Notes under the pieces: generated by a model | The model's input: only the letters and a program-made list of their open reading frames with translations | What the model was told of the DNA's origin: nothing | Database searches by the model: none | Assembly (NCBI GenBank): GCA_944389095.1 | Contig: CALXLC010000010.1 | Location: forward strand, 22,154-86,153 | Length of the DNA stretch: 64,000 nucleotides | Origin: an uncultured Alphaproteobacteria bacterium | GTDB taxonomy: Bacteria; Pseudomonadota; Alphaproteobacteria; RF32; CAG-239 | Direction: 5' to 3' | In this document: positions 59,915 to 64,000 of the stretch, piece by piece | How the letters are laid out: each line of letters begins with the position of its first letter | How positions within the stretch are numbered: position 1 is the stretch's first letter | Made by a program: the position numbers and the translations under genes

Positions 59915-61090
59915 ATGAACAGTTCGCTTTTTATTGAAATCGGCAGTGCCCAGCAGCAAAAATATGGTGAAGACTGCTACGGCGACACGATTTATTCAAA
60001 AAAAATTCCGGAAGAGCAGCGAATTATCTCGATTCTCTCGGACGGGCTGGGCAGCGGCGTTAAAGCCAACATCTTGTCCTCCATGACCACGCGTATGGCC
60101 ATGAAGTTCGTAGAAAGCCACATGGAACTGTTGCATTCCTCCGAAGTAATGATGGACGCTTTGCCGGTTTGCCAGATTCGCAAAATAAGTTATGCCACTT
60201 TTTCAATTGTTGACAGTGAACTGGAGGGCAAAACCCGTATTTTTGAAATGGACAATCCGTCCTTTATGCTGATTCGCGACAACAAAGCGCTCAATGTCCG
60301 CTACCGCGAACTCTCCTCTGCCAAGTGGAAAGACCGTACCATTAATGTTTCTCAGGTCACCAATCAGGAAGAAGACCGTATCATCTTAATTTCCGACGGC
60401 GTCAGCCAGGCGGGACTGGGCAACCCCAAATACCCGCTCGGCTGGCAACGACAGGGCTGTCTGGATTTCGCCCTGCAGCAAATTCGCAAAAAGCCGCATA
60501 TTTCCGCGCACGATTTGGCGCATGACATTGTCAACGAGGCTTTGAACAAAGAGGTGGACGGCAAAGCAGGCGACGACATCAGCTGCGTCGTACTTTATTT
60601 TCGCAAACCGCGAAAACTTCTGGTTTTAACGGGCCCGCCGTTTGATGAAGACAAAGACCGCGAATTTGCCGAGCTTGTTTCCGATTATGACGGAAAAATT
60701 GCCATCTGCGGCGGAACCACAGCCAACATCATTGAGCGGGAACTTTGCCTCAAATGTGAAATTGACAAAACCTCGTTTGACGAAAAAATTCCGATGGCAT
60801 CGACCATGGAAGGCGTCGATTTGGTGACCGAAGGCATTTTAACCTTGACGGAAGTTTATCGTATGCTAAAAGAAGGTATCGACACGCCGAAACAAAATGC
60901 TGCCGTCAGGCTGACAAACCTGCTTTTGGGCAGCGACAAGATTGATTTTGTGGTCGGCACCAAAATCAACGTGGCGCATCAGGACCCCAATCTTCCGATG
61001 GAGTTAGAGATTCGCCGCAACATTGTTAAAAAAATATTCAGAATTTTGCAGGATAAATACCTCAAAGAAATCAGCGTCAGATATATTTAG
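59915..61090 (+). CDS. PP2C/SpoIIE-family Ser/Thr protein phosphatase
   Basis: PPM-type metal-binding blocks (ILSDGLGSG, ILISDGVSQ, GDDISCVVL); 2-nt gap after hydS. Confidence 0.75.
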   Translation: MNSSLFIEIGSAQQQKYGEDCYGDTIYSKKIPEEQRIISILSDGLGSGVKANILSSMTTRMAMKFVESHMELLHSSEVMMDALPVCQIRKISYATFSIVDSELEGKTRIFEMDNPSFMLIRDNKALNVRYRELSSAKWKDRTINVSQVTNQEEDRIILISDGVSQAGLGNPKYPLGWQRQGCLDFALQQIRKKPHISAHDLAHDIVNEALNKEVDGKAGDDISCVVLYFRKPRKLLVLTGPPFDEDKDREFAELVSDYDGKIAICGGTTANIIERELCLKCEIDKTSFDEKIPMASTMEGVDLVTEGILTLTEVYRMLKEGIDTPKQNAAVRLTNLLLGSDKIDFVVGTKINVAHQDPNLPMELEIRRNIVKKIFRILQDKYLKEISVRYI

Positions 61091-61104
61091 AAAAGGAACG
61101 AACC

Positions 61105-61377
61105 ATGGAAAAGATAAAAGTAAAAATTTGTGTCGGAACTTCCTGCTTTGTCATGGGAGCGGCTCAGATTCAAACTCTGGAATTCAATGCCCCGGCCGAT
61201 ATTGCCGACAAAATCGAAATTCTTGAAGAGCGGTGCATGAACCTCTGCAAAGAACTTCATACAAAATACAACCGCGGCCCCTTCGTCCGTGTCAATGAAG
61301 AATTGATTGAAGAGGCAACCTACGAAAAAGTTGTTGCAAAAATTCGCGAAGTATTGCAAAAACAATCCTGCAAATAA
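61105..61377 (+). CDS. Thioredoxin-like [2Fe-2S] ferredoxin paralog (90 aa)
   Basis: VKICVGTSCFVMG ... CMNLCKE; same fold signature as 57867..58109. Confidence 0.6.
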   Translation: MEKIKVKICVGTSCFVMGAAQIQTLEFNAPADIADKIEILEERCMNLCKELHTKYNRGPFVRVNEELIEEATYEKVVAKIREVLQKQSCK

Positions 61378-61472
61378 AATTTAATAATCAATAATAAAAA
61401 CTACGCGATGTCGCCGTTTTTTGTTAAACAAAGAGTATCGGCGCCCGCAGTTCCGAAGGAATAAACAAAAAA

Positions 61473-62933
61473 ATGCTTATACCCAAAAACAATGCCAACC
61501 TGATGCGGACCAAAATACTGATAAAGCTGGTCGAAAGTTATCTGCACGACAAGTTTGACAACGCGGACCGCATTCCGCTCGATCTCCGGCCCAAAGACGG
61601 TCCGTCCAGCCGATGCTGCGTTTATAAAGACCGCGCGGTTTTAAAATACCGCTGCATGGCAGGGCTCGGACATTGTCCGGAAGAAGAAACCGATGAGTTA
61701 ATCAGCCTCAAAGAATACGGCAAACAGGCGCTTGAGCGCACCCATGCCGCCAAAAACAAACTGTCGGTTATTGATATTGCCTGCTCGGCCTGCGTAAAAT
61801 CGCAATACGTCATTACGGATGTCTGCCGCGGCTGCTTTGCCCAACCTTGCCGGCTTAATTGTCCCAAAGAGGCAATTTCCATCATCAACGGTCGCGCTCA
61901 CATTGACCCGGAAAAATGCGTCAACTGCGGCAAATGTTACGAAGTATGCCCGTATCATTCGGTTGTCAAAATTCCCGTTCCCTGTGAGGAAGCCTGTCCG
62001 GTCGGAGCCATCACCAAAGATGAAAAAGGCAAAGAACACATTGATACCGAAAAATGCATTTCCTGCGGAAAATGTCTGGCTTCATGCCCGTTTGGCGCAA
62101 TTGTCGAGCGGTCGCAGATTATTGACGTTCTCCGTGAAATCAAAGAAACCGATCACCGGGTCGTTGCCATGTTGGCTCCGGCGATTCTCGGACAATTTCC
62201 CGGCTCTGTCAACAATCTGGTGGGTGCTCTGAAACAGGTCGGATTCAGCGACGTTATTGAAGTTGCCGTCGGCGCGGACATCACCACGCAAAAAGAAGCC
62301 GCCGAATTTATCGAAAGAATGGAGCAGGGACAAAACTTTATGACCACCTCCTGCTGCCCGGCATACTTCCGTGCCGCACAGGTTCACATGCCGGAAGTTG
62401 CGCCGCATGTTTCTTCAACCAAAACGCCGATGTATTACACGGCTGAACTGGTCAAAAAAGAAGATCCAGGCTGCATTGCCGTATTCGTCGGCCCCTGCCT
62501 CGCCAAACGCGCCGAGGCCGAATACGATCCCAACGTAGACTATGTGCTGACTTTTGAAGAATTAGGTGCCATTCTGGTGGCTTCGGGCATCAATGTTGAC
62601 GAATGTCCCGAAGAGCCGTTCAGCAAAATATCCCATGCCCAGGGACGGCAATTTCCTGTCACCGGCGGTGTTGCCGGTGCCGTTGCCAGCCTGATTGGCG
62701 ATAAAGTTGAAATCCGCACCGAAAAGATTGACGGCCTGACCAAAGAAAGTATCAAGCTGCTCAAGCGTTATGCCGCCAAAGGTTCAGAAAACAACATGCT
62801 GGAAGTTATGTGCTGCGAAGGCGGCTGTGTTTCCGGCCCCGGTTGTATAGCTTTGTCCAAGAAAGCTGCCCGGGCTGTTGACGCTTATGCGCAAACCGGC
62901 GAGCAACTGACGCCAGAGACCAAAATCGGATAG
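61473..62933 (+). CDS. hydA: Monomeric catalytic [FeFe]-hydrogenase (ferredoxin-dependent type)
   Basis: N-terminal Cys clusters including two CxxCxxCxxxCP motifs; intact H-cluster motifs L1 TTSCCPAY, L2 GPCLAKRAE, L3 EVMCCEGGCVSGPG. Confidence 0.85.
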   Translation: MLIPKNNANLMRTKILIKLVESYLHDKFDNADRIPLDLRPKDGPSSRCCVYKDRAVLKYRCMAGLGHCPEEETDELISLKEYGKQALERTHAAKNKLSVIDIACSACVKSQYVITDVCRGCFAQPCRLNCPKEAISIINGRAHIDPEKCVNCGKCYEVCPYHSVVKIPVPCEEACPVGAITKDEKGKEHIDTEKCISCGKCLASCPFGAIVERSQIIDVLREIKETDHRVVAMLAPAILGQFPGSVNNLVGALKQVGFSDVIEVAVGADITTQKEAAEFIERMEQGQNFMTTSCCPAYFRAAQVHMPEVAPHVSSTKTPMYYTAELVKKEDPGCIAVFVGPCLAKRAEAEYDPNVDYVLTFEELGAILVASGINVDECPEEPFSKISHAQGRQFPVTGGVAGAVASLIGDKVEIRTEKIDGLTKESIKLLKRYAAKGSENNMLEVMCCEGGCVSGPGCIALSKKAARAVDAYAQTGEQLTPETKIG

Positions 62934-62943
62934 TCAAAAAAAT

Positions 62944-62982
62944 AAAAATCCCGGAAGTTGCAAAAACTTCCGGGATTTTTTA
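62944..62982 (+). terminator. Rho-independent terminator after hydA
   Basis: aaaaatcccggaagttgcaaaaacttccgggattttt. Confidence 0.65.
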
Positions 62983-63099
62983 TACAATCAGTCAAATGCC
63001 AATTTATCATAAACAATCATTGCCATCTGCATTGACGGTCACCTAAAATTTTTCTCCTTTCTCATATAGACATCCTCACCTTTTTTCTTGCAAAGAAGA

Positions 63100-64000
63100 T
63101 TAATATTTAACACAACTGTCACCAGACAATGAGATATAAGTTCCGTTGTGGCAGGAGACAAGGCTGTATCTCGTTCCTCCGCTGGCAACCGAGCAGTCAG
63201 GACCTATAATTTGACACTCTTTGCAATAGCCGTTGGCAGGGCAAGAACGTAATGTATAAAAGCATGTATTGGTACAACTCTTCTTAACGCAACTGGTACC
63301 CGACTGTTCATATCCGGAGTTGCAGGTCCAGGCCGCACATTTGCTCGGGCAGTCGCTGTAGTAACTCGAGCAGGTGGCATTGGACGGAACACTGACCGCC
63401 GTTCTGTTATCGCAGGGATCCGGATTCTTCGACACACAGCTTCCGCTGATACAATCTTCATCACTCGAACATTTATAGCTGCCGCAAGTGTTATAATAGG
63501 TTGTACCGTTTCTGACACAAGAATCAGAACCGACATTCCGACAAACACCCCGGCAATATCCCTCGCTGAGAGTATAGGTACAAGTATTCTCAGCAACGCA
63601 ACTGCTTCCGGATTTTTTATATCCCGAGTTACAGGACCAGGCCGAACATTTGCTCGGGCAGCTGCTGTAATAGTTTGAGCAGAAGGCGTTAGCCGGAACA
63701 CTGACAGCCGTCACACTGTCGCAAGGATCTTCGGTTTTACACAAATAACAGGTTCCCGAAGTTGCGCCGCAAGAACATTCTTTAGGCGCCGTAGCCGTAT
63801 AACCGTTGGAGCAAGACGTGCTGTATCCGCTCGGACAATAATAGGTATGACTGTGCGACGGTGCGGAATCACACTTATACCAGGTTTTTCCGGTGCAATT
63901 ATCATAACAACTGCTTGCCCCGTAAGTACAAGACGACGAAGACGAGTAGTTATATCCCGAACAATTACTGGTACAAGCCGGTTCTTCTTCACAGGCCGTG
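63100..64000 (-). CDS. Secreted cysteine-rich tandem-repeat protein (5' end beyond window)
   Basis: ~90-aa repeats of DPCD.(T/R)TAVSVP.NA.CS.YYS.CPSKC.AW.CNSGY..SG.SCV; the reading frame stays open upstream of the TTG at ~63743 to the window edge. Confidence 0.6.
   Translation of the reverse strand, partial: TACEEEPACTSNCSGYNYSSSSSCTYGASSCYDNCTGKTWYKCDSAPSHSHTYYCPSGYSTSCSNGYTATAPKECSCGATSGTCYLCKTEDPCDSVTAVSVPANAFCSNYYSSCPSKCSAWSCNSGYKKSGSSCVAENTCTYTLSEGYCRGVCRNVGSDSCVRNGTTYYNTCGSYKCSSDEDCISGSCVSKNPDPCDNRTAVSVPSNATCSSYYSDCPSKCAAWTCNSGYEQSGTSCVKKSCTNTCFYTLRSCPANGYCKECQIIGPDCSVASGGTRYSLVSCHNGTYISLSGDSCVKY

Noticed and set aside
63711-63992. 93-aa minus-strand ORF
   Set aside because: Alternative frame of the Cys-rich repeat gene, whose true frame continues open to the window edge.
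1-64000. Search for CRISPR arrays, IS elements, integrases or prophage genes
   Set aside because: No regularly spaced short repeats and no transposase, integrase or phage-structural-like ORFs were seen anywhere in the window.

Overview
The window looks like a chromosomal region of a fermentative alphaproteobacterium, a lineage call that rests on inference. The evidence is an F0 operon ordered atpI-atpB-atpE-atpF'-atpF with two b-type subunits, a DUF721 gene, a TadE-type pseudopilin leader and a FliL/FliM/MotE-type flagellar block. I call about 60 CDS and two tRNA-Leu genes. I see no transposase, integrase or CRISPR array. Most genes are housekeeping (ppdK, pheA, uvrB, glmS, pssA-psd, queA, lgt, acpP-fabF-mltG, ldh, ftsY, xseA, uppP, mutY). 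Five regions stand out. (1) 57.9-62.9 kb holds a Firmicutes-style hydrogen-sensing module: a thioredoxin-like [2Fe-2S] protein, a PAS-containing sensory [FeFe]-hydrogenase homologue (HydS-like, proton-relay Cys replaced), a PP2C phosphatase, a second small [2Fe-2S] protein and a catalytic monomeric [FeFe]-hydrogenase. With ppdK and ldh it implies an anaerobic, fermentative lifestyle that is unusual for the inferred lineage. (2) 2.3-10.3 kb holds two paralogous surface lipoproteins of 917 and 1272 aa. They differ by one versus three copies of a ~178-aa repeat, share conserved upstream boxes and a near-identical 3' end, and flank a small outer-membrane protein gene, so this is a candidate variable surface-antigen locus. 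(3) A 1020-aa glycine-rich protein with a TadE/prepilin-like leader, plus a small membrane protein and an outer-membrane protein gene, sits inside the flagellar cluster between fliOP and fliLM. (4) All three GGDEF/EAL-type proteins in the window carry degenerate motifs, including a tandem pair of GGDEF-EAL paralogs next to the hydrogenase module. (5) Both tRNA-Leu genes show integration-type features: one has an AT-rich islet downstream, the other a 16-bp direct repeat of its own 3' end. Coordinates of minus-strand starts are approximate to a few codons.
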